The position numbers and the translations under genes are program-made. A DNA stretch of 64,000 nt, taken from NCBI RefSeq assembly GCF_009914755.1, contig NC_060931.1. The stretch is one strand, 5' to 3'. Under the pieces are notes generated by a model, which saw only the letters and a list, made by a program, of their open reading frames with translations, did not search any database and was not told the DNA's origin. Shown here piece after piece: positions 35,217-49,351 of the stretch (position 1 is the stretch's first letter; each line of letters opens with the position of its first letter). The DNA comes from the human T2T-CHM13v2.0 reference genome, Homo sapiens.

Positions 35217-35426
35217 GAGAGATGTTCTTTTGATTAAAGAATTAAAACCTAGTTTCTGAAGTCTCTCTGCCCATGTAAACAGACATTTGATGAAGGATAC
35301 TTTTTGGTCATTCTGTGGTACAAACAAAAATAGAATGTTGGGATCAAAAGGATCTCAGAAAGTTGAATCTTCTCGTGTTGCAGAGAAACAAGGAAGGAAA
35401 TGACTCACTTCTAAAAGTACTGTACC

Positions 35427-35550
35427 ACGGCTGAGGTGGGAGGATTGTTTAAGACCAGGAGTTTGAGTCTTGAGACCAGCCTGGGCAACATAGTGAGACC
35501 CATAAAAAAAAACAAACAAACACCAAAAACCAGAAAAACAACAACAACAA
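35427..35550 (+). mobile_element. Truncated Alu/FLAM fragment
   Basis: ggctgaggtgggaggattg...gagaccagcctgggcaacatagtgagacc + A-rich tail. Confidence 0.8.
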
Positions 35551-35679
35551 AAGGCATTATACCAGTAATCTATGGGACAGAATCTAGAATTCAAGTTTCT
35601 TGATGTCTACATCACTGTTATGCTGCCCATTTCTCACTCACTCACTCATTCATTCATTTTCTCCTTCATTAATTTAATG

Positions 35680-36017
35680 CAGGGGGTGTTTGACTTGCAA
35701 TGGTCTGACTTATGATTTTCAACCTTACAATGGTAAGAAAGTGACATGCATTCAGTAGAAACCGAACTTTGAGAGCCCAAATAACCATTCTATTTTTCAC
35801 TTTCACTATAGTGTTCAATAAGTTACAAGAGATATTCAACACTTTGTTTTAAAATAGGCCTTGTATTAGATAATTTTGCCCAACTTAGGCTAATGTAAGT
35901 GTCTGAGCACATTTAAGGTAGGTTAGGTCCATTCAATGCATTTTCAAGTTACAGTATTTTCAACTTGTGATGGGTTCATGGGGATATAATCACATTGTAA
36001 GTTGAGGATCATCTGTA
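35680..36017. mobile_element. MER47/Tigger5-type Tc1-mariner MITE
   Basis: gcattcagtagaaaccgaactttgag...gtaagttgaggatcatctgta. Confidence 0.7.
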
Positions 36018-36428
36018 CTTATGTATCAAGCAAATGCTGTCAAATCAGAAAGATTTAGAGACACAAATACAAAAATGATTGAAATAGATTTATTCCCTGG
36101 AGAACATTACCATCTAGTGGAAGAAACAGTCCTAACAATGAAGGAGTTTATTATGTTGGCAAAAGGGCTATGACAACACTCTATAAATTAAATCAGAGTT
36201 GGTGCAAAAAGAAGGGGAGCTGCTTTTCCCAGCTCCATATTTTATCCTTACCCTTCATTAGTTATAAAGACACAGAACATTGTTTTCTATAGACTAAAAC
36301 CTCATAAAATTGGGTCTGTTACTGGTAACAAAGTTGTTGATTGAAGTAAAGAAATGCCAAAATGATGGGCATTTCTAGTGAATGTGCAAATCATGTTGTT
36401 TAGGAAATAACTCAACATTTCCCCTCAG

Positions 36429-36567
36429 ATTTGGAATCTAGGGACAAGGGCCTGAGCAGCAAGACTCTGTGCATGGAGAGTCAGCAGATCCTGCCGGACA
36501 GCTCCCCCGTGGAGCACTACAACGTGCACAACCTGTACGGGTGGTCCCAGACCAGACCCACATACGA
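36429..36567 (+). CDS. MGAM2: Exon
   Basis: cctcag|AT..GA|gtgagt; 139 nt; YLESRDKGLSSKTLCMESQQILPDSSPVEHYNVHNLYGWSQTRPTYE. Confidence 0.93.
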
Positions 36568-37329
36568 GTGAGTGTCTTTTTGTCACAGCAGCAAAGATAA
36601 TTTTCCACATCATTCCTTTTGCCATTTCATATTTGCATTGTGCATGTATCTACGTGATCCGAGTTAAATGGGTTAAAGTCAAAATTTCAGGCACGGTTGC
36701 CCAAGCAACCACCTCTGAGCGCATTTATCAAGTGGGTTACTAAATTCACCTATTTAAAGTGAGCAATTAGGTAATGTTTAGTATATTCATAGAGTTGTGC
36801 AACTATCACAAAAATTAAATTTTCGAACATTTTCAGAACTCGAAAAGGAAAACCTTTGCCCATTAGCAATCATTTCTACCTTGTTCCTACCTCCTGAGCC
36901 CTAGCCATTACTCATCTATTTTCTGTCTATGTGGATTGCCTATTCTGGACATTTCATAAAATGGAATCACACAATATGTGCTCTTTTGTATATGGGTACT
37001 TTCACTTGGCATAATGTTTTCAATGATTATCTATGTTGTAGCATGTATCAGTACTTGATTTCTTTTGACTAATAAAATTTCATTATATAGATACACCATA
37101 TTTTGCTTGCCTATCTACCAATGAGTGAACATCTAAATTGTTTCCATTTTTTTTTTGGCTATTATGAGTAGTGATTATGTGAATATTTATGTGCAAGATT
37201 TGGAGTAGACATGTTTTCTTTGTTTTGAATATGTATCTAAGAGTGGAACTTCTGTGTCATATAGGAACTGTATTTTTAATATTTTGAAGAAATATCAAGC
37301 TGTTTTCTAAAAAGGCTGTACCATTTTAC

Positions 37330-37659
<330 letters not shown>

Positions 37660-37910
37660 TGATAAAATGTATAAGAGTTGCAGTTCCTCCACATCCTTGC
37701 CAACACTCGGTGGTATTCATCTTTTTAAATTATAGACATTCTAATGGGGGTAAAGTGATATCTAATTGTTGTTTTCACTTTATTTCACTAATACTAATGT
37801 TATTGAGCATGTTTTCATATGCTATTGGCTATTTGTATATATTCAAATATCTATTCAAATCCTTTGCTCATTTTTGATAGAATCATTTTTTTTAATTATT
37901 ATTGAGTTGT

Positions 37911-38202
37911 GGCCAGGCGTGGTGGCTCACACCTGTAATCTCAGTACTTTGGGAGGCCGAAGTGGGAGGATTGCTTGAGTCCAGGAGTCCGAGGGCAGCT
38001 TGGGCAACATAATGAGACCCTGTCTCTACAAAAAACAAACAAACTAGCCAGGCAGAATGGTGCATGCCTGTAGTCCCAGCTACTCGAGAGGCTAAGGTAG
38101 GAGGATCTCTTGAGCCTAGGAGTTTGAGGCTGCAGTGAACTATGATGGCACTGCACTTCAGCCTGGGCAACAAAGTAAGACTATCTCTACAGAAAAAAAA
38201 AA
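37911..38202 (+). mobile_element. Alu (AluJ-type)
   Basis: ggccaggcgtggtggctcac...ggaggattgcttgag...A tail. Confidence 0.92.
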
Positions 38203-41032
38203 TTATTGGATCGTAAGAATTCTTTAAATATTCTAAATTCAAGCTTCTCATGAGATATATAGTTTGAGGATATTTTCTCTCATTTTGTAAACTTTTCACT
38301 TCCATAACCATGCCTTTTGGAGCACATTTTTAAAAGTTTTTATAAAGTCCTATTTATTCATTTACTTACTTATTCATTTGTCACTTGTGCTTTTGGTGTC
38401 ATATTCAAGGAACTATTACCTAATTCAAGGTCATGAAGATTTATTCCTATGTCTTCTTCTAAGAGCTTTATAGTTTTAGGTATTACACCAAGATCTGTCA
38501 TCCATTTTAAGTTTATTTTTGTGTATGGTGTGAGGTAGTGGTTCAATGTTATTCTTTCCTTCATTTTATTATCTTGACACCTTGTCAAAAATCAATTGAC
38601 AGTAAATGAGAAGGCTTATTTTTGCCTTCTCAATTCTATTTCATTGATCTCTCTCTCTCTCTATATATATATATCCTTATGCCAGTACCACACTGTCTTA
38701 ATTGATGAAGTGTGACTCTTCCAATTTTTTTTTCAAGATTGTTTTAGCTACTATGGGTCCCTTGCATTTGATATGAATTTTGTAATCACTTTGTCAGTTT
38801 TGACAAAATAGCAACAGGGATTTTGATAGTTTTTACATTGAGTCTATAAATCAGTTTGGTGAGTATTACCATGTTAACAATATTAAGTCTCTTTTGATTC
38901 ATTAGCATGAGGTGTCTTTCCACTTATTTAGATCTTTAATTTTTTCAACAATTATTTTTAGTTTTTAATGTATATGTTTTTGGCCATTATTTCTATAAAT
39001 ATTTATCTGTCCCTTTGTCTTTTCTTTTATCCTTCTGAGATTTTGCCACTTTCCAATGTCGTTGGGAAATTTCAGACTTGTTCTTTAGTTCTTCCCAGGA
39101 CAGAGTGTGATCTTTTCTGTTCAACTGCCCCTTTCTGCTCAAGTATCTGAGCTCTCTGCCTTCTGTCCCCAGAGTTTACAAGAACCTCATACTATTTGAT
39201 TTTGGGCTATCAACAGGTGATGTATCATGTTGCCCCTGGTGTTCCACAATCAGGGGCAACATGGTCTTCCAAACAGAAATTCTTCTTCCCTTTCCCACTT
39301 TCTTTACATCTTCATCTTTCAGTTGCTCTTTCACAGTCTTGCTTTCCACACCTAGCTTGAGGCTTTTCCAACCAAGGAAAAACTAGTTCTTCAGGAAAAC
39401 ACCCATGTCATTATATGAAATACACACAAAACAAATAGGTGTTTTGCAACCTCAGAGATAACCTTACCTTGGAAGAGTACAAGGATGAATAAGTCACAGT
39501 CCCTGCTTTCAAGGACCTCATTGTCTAATTATAGGAGTCAAACATGAGAGGGAAAATCAATTAACTCTACTGGGATAATCCAGAAAGTCTTCATAGAAGA
39601 AGTGATGTTTGAATGTTGGTTAAAAGAAGAGTAGAAATTTTCTTTTGGCAAAGAAGGGGCTTTCAGGGCAAAGAAAGCAGCAATAAGAAGATGTGAAAAC
39701 TTGATAAAGTTTCTACCAAAAGCTCAACTTTCCCATGCACCATCCCCTCCTCTCTCTTCAGGGAAATTTGCTTTTCACACATCTGCATCCCATCGCCATC
39801 TTTCTCTTCAGAGAAGCTTGCTCCACAAATTATACTTTTCCATGGGTGCTCGTTTCTTCATGAATTATTTTTTATCTTCTTCCTCACTGCTGGTATATTG
39901 CTTTAGGATTTAGGCTGTGAAATCTTCTAACTAAACTTTCTCATCTTTCAAATTGGAAAAATCATGGCATCTATTGTTAATATAAAAATTAAATGATATA
40001 ATGAATCCACAAGTACTTGGCATATTGTAAGCACTCAACAAACATTATCAATATTTTTTAATTCCTTTTCATCAATATTTGAAAATGCCCCAGTTGTTCT
40101 TGCTTTTGCCTATATCCTCCTCCAACCATCATCTAATCTTTCAACTCCCTCTCATATTCAAGCTGTTTGAAGGAACTCTTTCCATACATGATATATATAT
40201 TTTTTAATTCCCATACACCTTGATGTTTCTCCCTTTACCAATCACAAATGCTGGTCATTCTGACCTTGATCAGGCTAATCTCTTAGCACATACAATCTAA
40301 AGACCAACTTACATCTATTTCCTTCATGAAACCTGCTCAGATTACTCCATCCCTCCTAATTCCCTCCTTCTCTTAACTACTAACCTGACAGTATGTTCTA
40401 CATTTTAAGTTATTTCCTCTACACACCTGGGGAGAAGACCATGTCTTCTTTGCTCTTTTCTGTCCAAGCACTGAACCATTTTTATTTCTTTTTATGAAAA
40501 TGCCTTTGTTTGTCAGCCCTGAGTGCCTGCATTGATGGGAGAGCTCAGCGTTTGTGGCATCAGTGGTCAGTTTTGTTCACTGACTCTTCCCTGCTGACCT
40601 TCATGCTACATCCTCTGCTGACCTTGAGGTTCACAATATTGAGGTTCATAATATGCCCTGCTGCATATGCTCTGTGTGCTTTTGCTAGTTTCTCAGGATC
40701 TTGACTGTGCTTTCCAACCTAGATTCCAGATATTTATGCATTTACCTCTCTGGCCACAGTTCCACAAACTCCTTTGCAGGTTTCCCTTCCCAGTCTTTCC
40801 AAGCCTATGCTCCTTCCACACCTGGGTTCAGTCATCTTTTTTTTTCTTCACACCATGTAGCTTTTCCCTTGGATAAGCACAAACACATACTACTGGCTTT
40901 AAATACACTCTGGATTCAGATGGCCCCCAAATCTTTGTTCCCAACCCAAACCTCTCTTGAGCCTCAAACCTAGAATTGCCCATAGCTGTCTCATTTATGA
41001 TGTCCCATAGGCACTTCAAATCTAATACTTAA

Positions 41033-41387
<355 letters not shown>

Positions 41388-41740
41388 CCTCCAGCATTCT
41401 TTATTTTAGTGAAAGGAACCAAGTTTAACTAGTCATTAGGTCATCCTAGATTCTCTTTCTTTTCCTGCTTTCAGTTGGTGACTCAGTTCTTTGCATCAGT
41501 CACTACTCTATCTTCCTGCCTTATTCCAGGCCTTCATTATCTCTCATCTAGACTGTTATAAAAATCTAAGCTATCCTCACCCCCATTGTTTATCACACAT
41601 ACATACATATGCATTCTTCCAATTTGTGTATGGTTAAATCTATACCTTTTACTTCATTATGTTTTGTCCATTGTTTTTATTTGAAATTCCTTTCTCTTGT
41701 AGAAATCAGGTGGTTTATATATTCTTTCAGTTTTAATAGA

Positions 41741-41743
<3 letters not shown>

Positions 41744-41780
<37 letters not shown>
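41744..41780. repeat. (TG)n microsatellite
   Basis: About 18 TG units. Confidence 0.95.
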
Positions 41781-41782
<2 letters not shown>

Positions 41783-42214
41783 TTCCATTCATTTTTGGAT
41801 TTGTTTTGGTGTGAAAAATTGGAAATAACCCAAATGGATTAGTTTACACAACAGTAGTCAGCTACTTTTCCTGACATCATTTATTGACTAATTCATCTGT
41901 GTCTATTGATCTGTGATGCTTTTTTAAGCAAATACTTGGATTGTATACATACTAGGATCTATTAGTAGACTTTCTCTTTTGTTCAGTTGATTTTTCCCTC
42001 ACACAGTTGTTGTTATTTTCTAAGGGTGCGTGCAGATGATCCATCTTCCACTGAAAGATAAACATCTTTTATGTATATTTGCCTCTGTGTGCAAAACATG
42101 TCTCGCTTTTTGAGGTACAGAAAAGCAGAGTGAATATTTCCAAAATGCTGTAGCTTTTATTTGGATCCCAGATCTGCCTCCTTATTCTTTTTTTCCCTCT
42201 TCCCCTGTCTGCCA

Positions 42215-42724
<510 letters not shown>

Positions 42725-43205
42725 TGACCTTTGGTAAGCATTTTAAAGATCATCTTATTTTGTCCAGCTCACTAGTTTCAGGCGAATGCCTTTCTAACTT
42801 CTCTGAACCTTAGCTTCCTAACAGTAAAAGGAGTGCAAGGAAACCTTTTCATGATGTTATGAGACACCACATAGGAAAGTGACCGGTATAATACTGGAAT
42901 AGAGGAATTGTTCCATAAATAGCTATATTACGCCTCACTCCCACCCCTTTCTCTTACTCCAGGGTGATAGTTAATTAACCAGATTTTTCAAAAATGAAAC
43001 CCACATTCTACGTGCAGATATACCTCTAGTCTTGCTGTGAAGTTTGTTGGGATCTTTAGCATGGCTTTGAGACAGCAGATTCTTTCAGGGAAGAAGTTAT
43101 CTGACTCGGACCGAAGTACCCTCACCCTCTCATGCTCCAAGCTGCAGTTATTCTCTGTAAAGGAGTTTGTTTCTTCAACTCACCTCTTTATTCCCCTCCC
43201 ACCAG

Positions 43206-43339
43206 AGCTGTGCAGGAGGTGACAGGACAGCGAGGGGTCATCATCACCCGCTCCACATTTCCCTCTTCTGGACGCTGGGGAGGACACCGGTTGGGAAACA
43301 ACACAGCTGCGTGGGACCAGCTGGGGAAATCTATCATTG
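43206..43339 (+). CDS. MGAM2: Exon with degenerate acid/base motif (HRLGNN)
   Basis: accag|A..G|gtgtgt; 134 nt; AVQEVTGQRGVIITRSTFPSSGRWGGHRLGNNTAAWDQLGKSII. Confidence 0.92.
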
Positions 43340-43616
43340 GTGTGTGGGCTCATTCCCAGGGGCCTGTGCTGGCAGGGAGGGCACTGGAGTTTGTGCTGTT
43401 CAACAGCACTGGTTATGTCTCTATCATCATCTAGGTGGGTGGTAAAATTAACAAGAACTGAGTTCTCTCTGGGCGTGGATTTTAATTTACACCCATCTTT
43501 TAATATTTTCATCATGGTCCAGGGCTTTCTAATGGGGTAAGGAAAAATCAGGCCAAGCCTTCACTCTCCTCCCAAAGTGCTCCTTCCTCCAACACAGCTG
43601 TGTCTTCTCTTTGCAG

Positions 43617-43651
43617 GCATGATGGAGTTCAGTCTCTTTGGAATACCTTAT
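43617..43651 (+). CDS. MGAM2: Micro-exon
   Basis: ttgcag|GC..TAT|gtaagt; 35 nt; GMMEFSLFGIPY. Confidence 0.9.
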
Positions 43652-43655
43652 GTAA

Positions 43656-43877
<222 letters not shown>

Positions 43878-44451
43878 TAGTTCGTGCTCCAGGTGTTGTG
43901 TACCCTCAAATCATAACTTCTTTTTAACCCCCAGGACTATTATACTCATTTCCTGAGAAAAATCAAAAAACATCACCAGAATCTTAATTTCTTGGAAAAT
44001 CCACAGAGTTCAGAACTCTGGAATTATCAGTAATTTTTAGAAATATACCTTTTCTCATCTCCTGGAGAATTACTACCCATGAGGAAAGGTTTTTATAGTT
44101 CCACATGGGGCTAAAATGAAAGAAGATCCCTTTGCTTTTAAGAATATTGAATTTGTATTTTACTCAAATTCATCGAAGATATGTTGGTGCTGCACGGAAA
44201 CCTCTCTCTGTACACATGTAGAGGGCCAGAGCTGGACCTATTCCAGGGACTTAGGAATCAGTGATAAAGAGGAGAAAGCAAGAAATTCTAATTTTGTAGG
44301 GTGGCAGAGATGGGGGAAAGGGTAGGCCAGGAATGAAAGGGTAAGTGGCTTGTAACCTACATTTTGAATAAATGCCCATTGATTCTTTTCTGATGCCACT
44401 GGGATGGAATGAAGAAGAGGTGATCCATTATATGCTTCTTTATCCTTACAG

Positions 44452-44600
44452 AGACAAGATCCTGTGGCCTGGAATTCAACCTTTGAGATGTTGTCCAGAA
44501 AAGTCCTAGAGACCAGATATACCCTGCTTCCTTATCTCTATACTCTGATGCATAAAGCTCACGTTGAGGGCAGCACAGTTGTCCGGCCCCTTCTCCATGA
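44452..44600 (+). CDS. MGAM2: Exon
   Basis: ttacag|AGA..GA|gtgagt; 149 nt; [50 protein letters not shown]. Confidence 0.93.
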
Positions 44601-44695
44601 GTGAGTACAGCCTCTTTCCCCAAGCATGTCTTGCAAATAATCCTCTGTAGCAGTCATAAGAGGATAGGTGAATTTTTCCTGTTTATTTTTTTAAG

Positions 44696-44780
44696 GTTTA
44701 CGGATGACAGGACAACATGGGATATAGACCGTCAGTTCATGTTGGGCCCTGCTATCTTAATCAGCCCTGTGTTGGAAACT
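44696..44780 (+). CDS. MGAM2: Exon
   Basis: tttaag|G..ACT|gtgagt; 85 nt; FTDDRTTWDIDRQFMLGPAILISPVLET. Confidence 0.92.
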
Positions 44781-45191
44781 GTGAGTTCTTCATTGTAGGT
44801 CAGAAAACCTTCAATCACATGATCTAAAATCATGGGAAAAGCATTTCAAAGATCATCTTATTTTGTCCAGCTCACTATTTTCAGGCGAATGCCTTTCTAG
44901 AACATCTACAGGAGATCTTTTTCTTTTATTTAAAAGATCTCTCTGTTAATGAAAGCTTTACTACACTGACTGATTTCTCATTTTAAAATTTTGTCATTTA
45001 CTTTTTAAAAATACGTTTTTTCTGTAGTTCTGAGGAATAATTTTTCAGGATTTTTCTTAATAAAATCCCTCAAATTATTGCAATCACTAATACAATTTTC
45101 ATTTTTTATCTTAATTCTACAGTGTTTTGAAAATGAAAATGAAAAATATTTTTTGAAATATTCATAATGACATGTCAATTTTATGTTTCAG

Positions 45192-45248
45192 AGCACATTT
45201 GAGATCTCTGCTTATTTTCCGAGAGCCCGTTGGTATGACTATAGCACG
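45192..45248 (+). CDS. MGAM2: Exon
   Basis: ttcag|AGC..ACG|gtaaga; 57 nt; STFEISAYFPRARWYDYST. Confidence 0.92.
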
Positions 45249-45667
45249 GTAAGAACTAATATATTTGTGAAGAACCAGTTTGGTCTATGCAGGGTGGAGA
45301 GGTGGATAGAGCCTTCTATTTCCAAGCACATATTTCCTAAGGCAATAATTTTGACCTTTTTAGCCTTGGCAAGGCTTGTTTAAATGAAAGCATGTATAAG
45401 AGCATAGACGAAATCTAAGCACCTACATCTCATTGAAGCTCCCCCCTCACCCTTGCCCTTGCCTCTCAACTTTTCTGGAGAAACAAAGACAAGTCTAGAT
45501 TTTCAGTCTTAAGCAAAACTGAAAGATCAGAGATTTTCTCTTTAGGTTTGCAGTCTTTTGCTGACTTTCTAACATGCTTCCCAGGAAAGGAAGGACTTGT
45601 AATTAAAACATGCTCTCATTTAATATATTTATCTCTCGCCATTTTTTGCCTGTATTCTCCTTTCTAG

Positions 45668-45792
45668 GGAACTAGCAGCACATCAACAGGTCAGAGGAAA
45701 ATCCTGAAGGCTCCCCTTGACCACATCAACCTTCATGTCAGAGGAGGCTACATCCTGCCCTGGCAAGAGCCTGCAATGAACACTCACTCCAG
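45668..45792 (+). CDS. MGAM2: Exon
   Basis: ttctag|GGA..AG|gtgagg; 125 nt; [42 protein letters not shown]. Confidence 0.93.
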
Positions 45793-46932
45793 GTGAGGAG
45801 AAGAGGCAATGTCTAACAGCCTCTTGCTATACCGTAATGAGGAAGCCTTACAGGAGGCTGTCCCACCTTCGCCAGGGATATGTGGATTATAAACTAAATT
45901 GCCAAACAGCTTTACTGGTCAGATCCTGTGAGCGCTTTCTGAGTGGGACCCGGAGGAAGATGAGTTCATAAAGTTAGTCTTAGGGATATATATACACACA
46001 TATATTTTTGTCTGTAGTGCTGTATCAAAGGCAAAAATTTTCCTGAAGGCAGAAAAATGTTTCTCTTTCCACACTGTTAAAAAGGAATAGGGAATGTTAA
46101 TGAGCTCTTTGACTTGTGATTGAACAAGAACTAGGTAGGACTGAGTCCTTGTCCTATCCTAGAACTTAATGTTCATTCCTAGGTCTGCTTTGGTCAATCA
46201 AGGAAAGATATGCTTGTGTGTTGTGTGTGTGTACATACACGTATATAAATTACACATATAATATGTAAAAATTTATAAAATCATTGATTAAACAGAACAC
46301 GTCACATCAAGAAAGGCACATAATAACAAGTCAAAAGGAGAGAAGTTAACTTTCAGCCTTGTGGTATAACACATGGTTTATATGAAAGAGGGCTTTGAGC
46401 TGGATCTTTTAGATTTGAATGTACAAAGGGGAAAGAGAGATCCTGGTCGATTAAAGAACTGAAGGTGAAAAATGGCTTGGGTTTGGGAACATAAACCATC
46501 CAGTTTAACTGGAGGACAGATAAAGGAAGAGATAAAATAAGTAAAACTCCAGCAGGTTAGGATCAGATCCTGGAGGGTGGTGAATGCCAAGCCACTACTT
46601 TGGATTTTATTCTGTGGCAACCTGGAAGCTACTGAGGATTCTCTTTTGAGGGATTTTCTTCCTATGAAATTAATATTTCATTATATTACTTGTATGTATA
46701 TTTGATTTTTAGAAATTGAAGCTAAACCAAATGTTTTATTAAATTTTAAACGTTTTCCATTAACTTTTAAGTGTCTTATATTTTATCTATTGTACCTATT
46801 TTTAGAACTTTATATGCATATTTAATACATTTCTTTTATTTCTAGATAAGTAATGTTTTTAACACAGTCTGTTCTTTATTCTTACAACCTACAATCTAGA
46901 GAAAAATAACTCTTTTTTTTTTTTTTTGGTAG

Positions 46933-47021
46933 TCGACAAAATTTTATGGGATTGATTGTTGCTTTGGATGACAATGGGACAGCTGAAGGCCAGGTGTTCT
47001 GGGATGATGGACAAAGCATTG
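46933..47021 (+). CDS. MGAM2: Exon
   Basis: tggtag|T..G|gtgagt; 89 nt; [29 protein letters not shown]. Confidence 0.92.
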
Positions 47022-48113
47022 GTGAGTATAAACTTTCCAGGGTCCCTGTACATCACTGAGAAAAATCATACCATAGAGGCTCGGCATATAACTAACATGA
47101 ACTGAAAACCTCTCTCTGCCTATTGTCAATAAGGCAATAACATTTGGAGAATTTTTCCAACTTTTGCCTGCTCATTTATATTATACTATAGTTAGTATAG
47201 ACTGGGTACAGTCCCCAGCTTTGTAGGTTCAGAAACTTGCTGTTATGCATTCAGCCAGGGATGATCTATCTCTGTATAACTGTCTCACTCTTGATTTAAA
47301 AAGAAGTGTGGATGCAAATATCAGGCTGATGGTTAATTCATTCTCAATGGGACAGAAACATGACTCTATCATTTGGATCAGCCATCTATACCAGGCACCC
47401 TGTTCCTCACAAATAGGCCTGCTCAAGAGGCAATTTAGAGGTTAGAAAATTTCTTGGTGACTCATAAATTGGGAATTAAGTGTTGCCCAAAGGATACTTA
47501 CATCGATGAAATATTAATTTGTATGTTTCCTTTCCCCAGTTGAGATAGAGTATGTTAGTTCTACTTAGGTAAGTGAGATTTGTCATTATCATCAGAACAC
47601 CCTCTAACTCAGACTTTTCTATAGATATATGGACACACTGTTACTAGCTGACTCTCACTTTTCACTACTTATTACTGTGGACCAGAACCTTCTAATCTTG
47701 CAACATACCACATTTTCTGAAATTATAGTATAGCTTATTTTTCACTACTAATATTTCTAGAGATTCCTTCTTTTTTAGGTTCCTTCATTATAAAGATAAG
47801 AAATTCTCATTAAAGAAGTAGATATTCTTTACAACACATGTTAAAGACAGAAAATTAGAAAAAAATACAAGCACTTTTAATATTTTTGCTGTACTAACTT
47901 TGGCTTTTGTATTAAGAAAATGCTTAATTTTTAATATGGCTGAAAACATTTTGCATATTTAATTTGTGAATCCTGTTTATTTTCCTCTAACATAATGACA
48001 GAAACATGTGTGAATGTTATTATTTGTTCCTTATAAATACCATTATGATGATCATATTCTATTGAGAGAATATGTACAGGTTGGTTTTAATTTTCATTGT
48101 TATAAATAACATC

Positions 48114-48118
48114 CTTTT

Positions 48119-48149
<31 letters not shown>

Positions 48150-48420
48150 GAGTCTCACTCTCTCATTCAGGCTGCAGTGGCATGATCTCAGCTCACTGCA
48201 ACCTCCTCCTCCCTAATTCAAGTGATTCTCCTGGCTCAGCCTTCCCGAGTAGCTGGGATTTCAGGTGTGTGGCACAACACCCACTAATTTTTGTATTTTT
48301 AGTAGAGATGGGGTTTCGCCATGTTGGCCAGGCTGGTCTCGAACTCTTGGCCTCAAGTGATTCACCCGCCTCAGCCTCCCAAAGTGCTGAGATTACAGGT
48401 ATGAGCCACCGTTCCCAGCC
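48114..48420 (-). mobile_element. Alu (AluS-type)
   Basis: Reverse Alu; ataacatcctt on both sides. Confidence 0.93.
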
Positions 48421-48659
48421 CATATATAACATCCTTGAGTATTAACCATTGTTTCCATTTTAGATTACGTCCATAGAGTAGATTCCTGGAAGTGATATTA
48501 CTGTCTTTTAATCAACTTTAAAAAAGTTGTGATTTATACAAATAAAATGTATCCATTTTAAGAATACAGTTAAGTTTTGACAAATGTGTACAGTTGTATA
48601 GCCACTACCACAATGAAGATGTGGAATATTTTTATAACCCTGAAAGTTCGCCTTTTATA

Positions 48660-48890
48660 GTCAGCCTGCGGATTCATCCAACTGTGGTTTGAAAATGCAG
48701 TTAGCCTACAATAGTTGCATCTGTATTGACCATGTACAGACATGTTTTTCTTGTTATTATTTTGTAAACAATACAGGATACCAATGATTTACATAATGTT
48801 TACATTGGATCAGGTTTTATAAGTACCCTGGAGATTATTTAAAGTACACGGGAGGATGTGTATAGGTTATATGCAAATATTATACCACAA
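48660..48890. mobile_element. Tigger3-type DNA transposon fragment
   Basis: gagattatttaaagtacacgggaggatgtgtataggttatatgcaaata. Confidence 0.7.
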
Positions 48891-49255
48891 AATAACTTAC
48901 ATTCAAATAATAATGTCAGATTCATTTTAATGGTCAAAAAATGAAACCACTGAAATATTCATCAATAAGTATATTGGTCAATAGTCATGGAATATTACCA
49001 TGGAAGACACCATGGATTATTATTAGGAATAAAAAGCAATTAATTTCTTTTACATGCAACAGCATGGATGAATGTAAAAGGCATTTTTGCTAAGTGAAAG
49101 ATGCTAAAAATACAAAAATAGTACATATTGTATGATTCTATTCATATAAAATCTAGAAAATACAAATCCAGTCTATAGTCACAGAAAGCAGAACAGTAGT
49201 TGCCAGATCCTGGAAGGAAGGATCAGGACTGGGGAGAAGCTGACTAGAAAGAAGT

Positions 49256-49350
49256 ACTGCTGTCCCTGGGTATCCATAGGCGGTTGGTTCCAGGACCCCT
49301 GCGGATATCAAATTCCACAGATGCTCAAGTTCCTTATATAAAATGATAAT
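49256..49350. mobile_element. MER2 fragment
   Basis: gtatccataggcggttggttccaggacccctgcggatatcaaattccacagatgctcaagt. Confidence 0.75.
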
Positions 49351-49351
49351 A

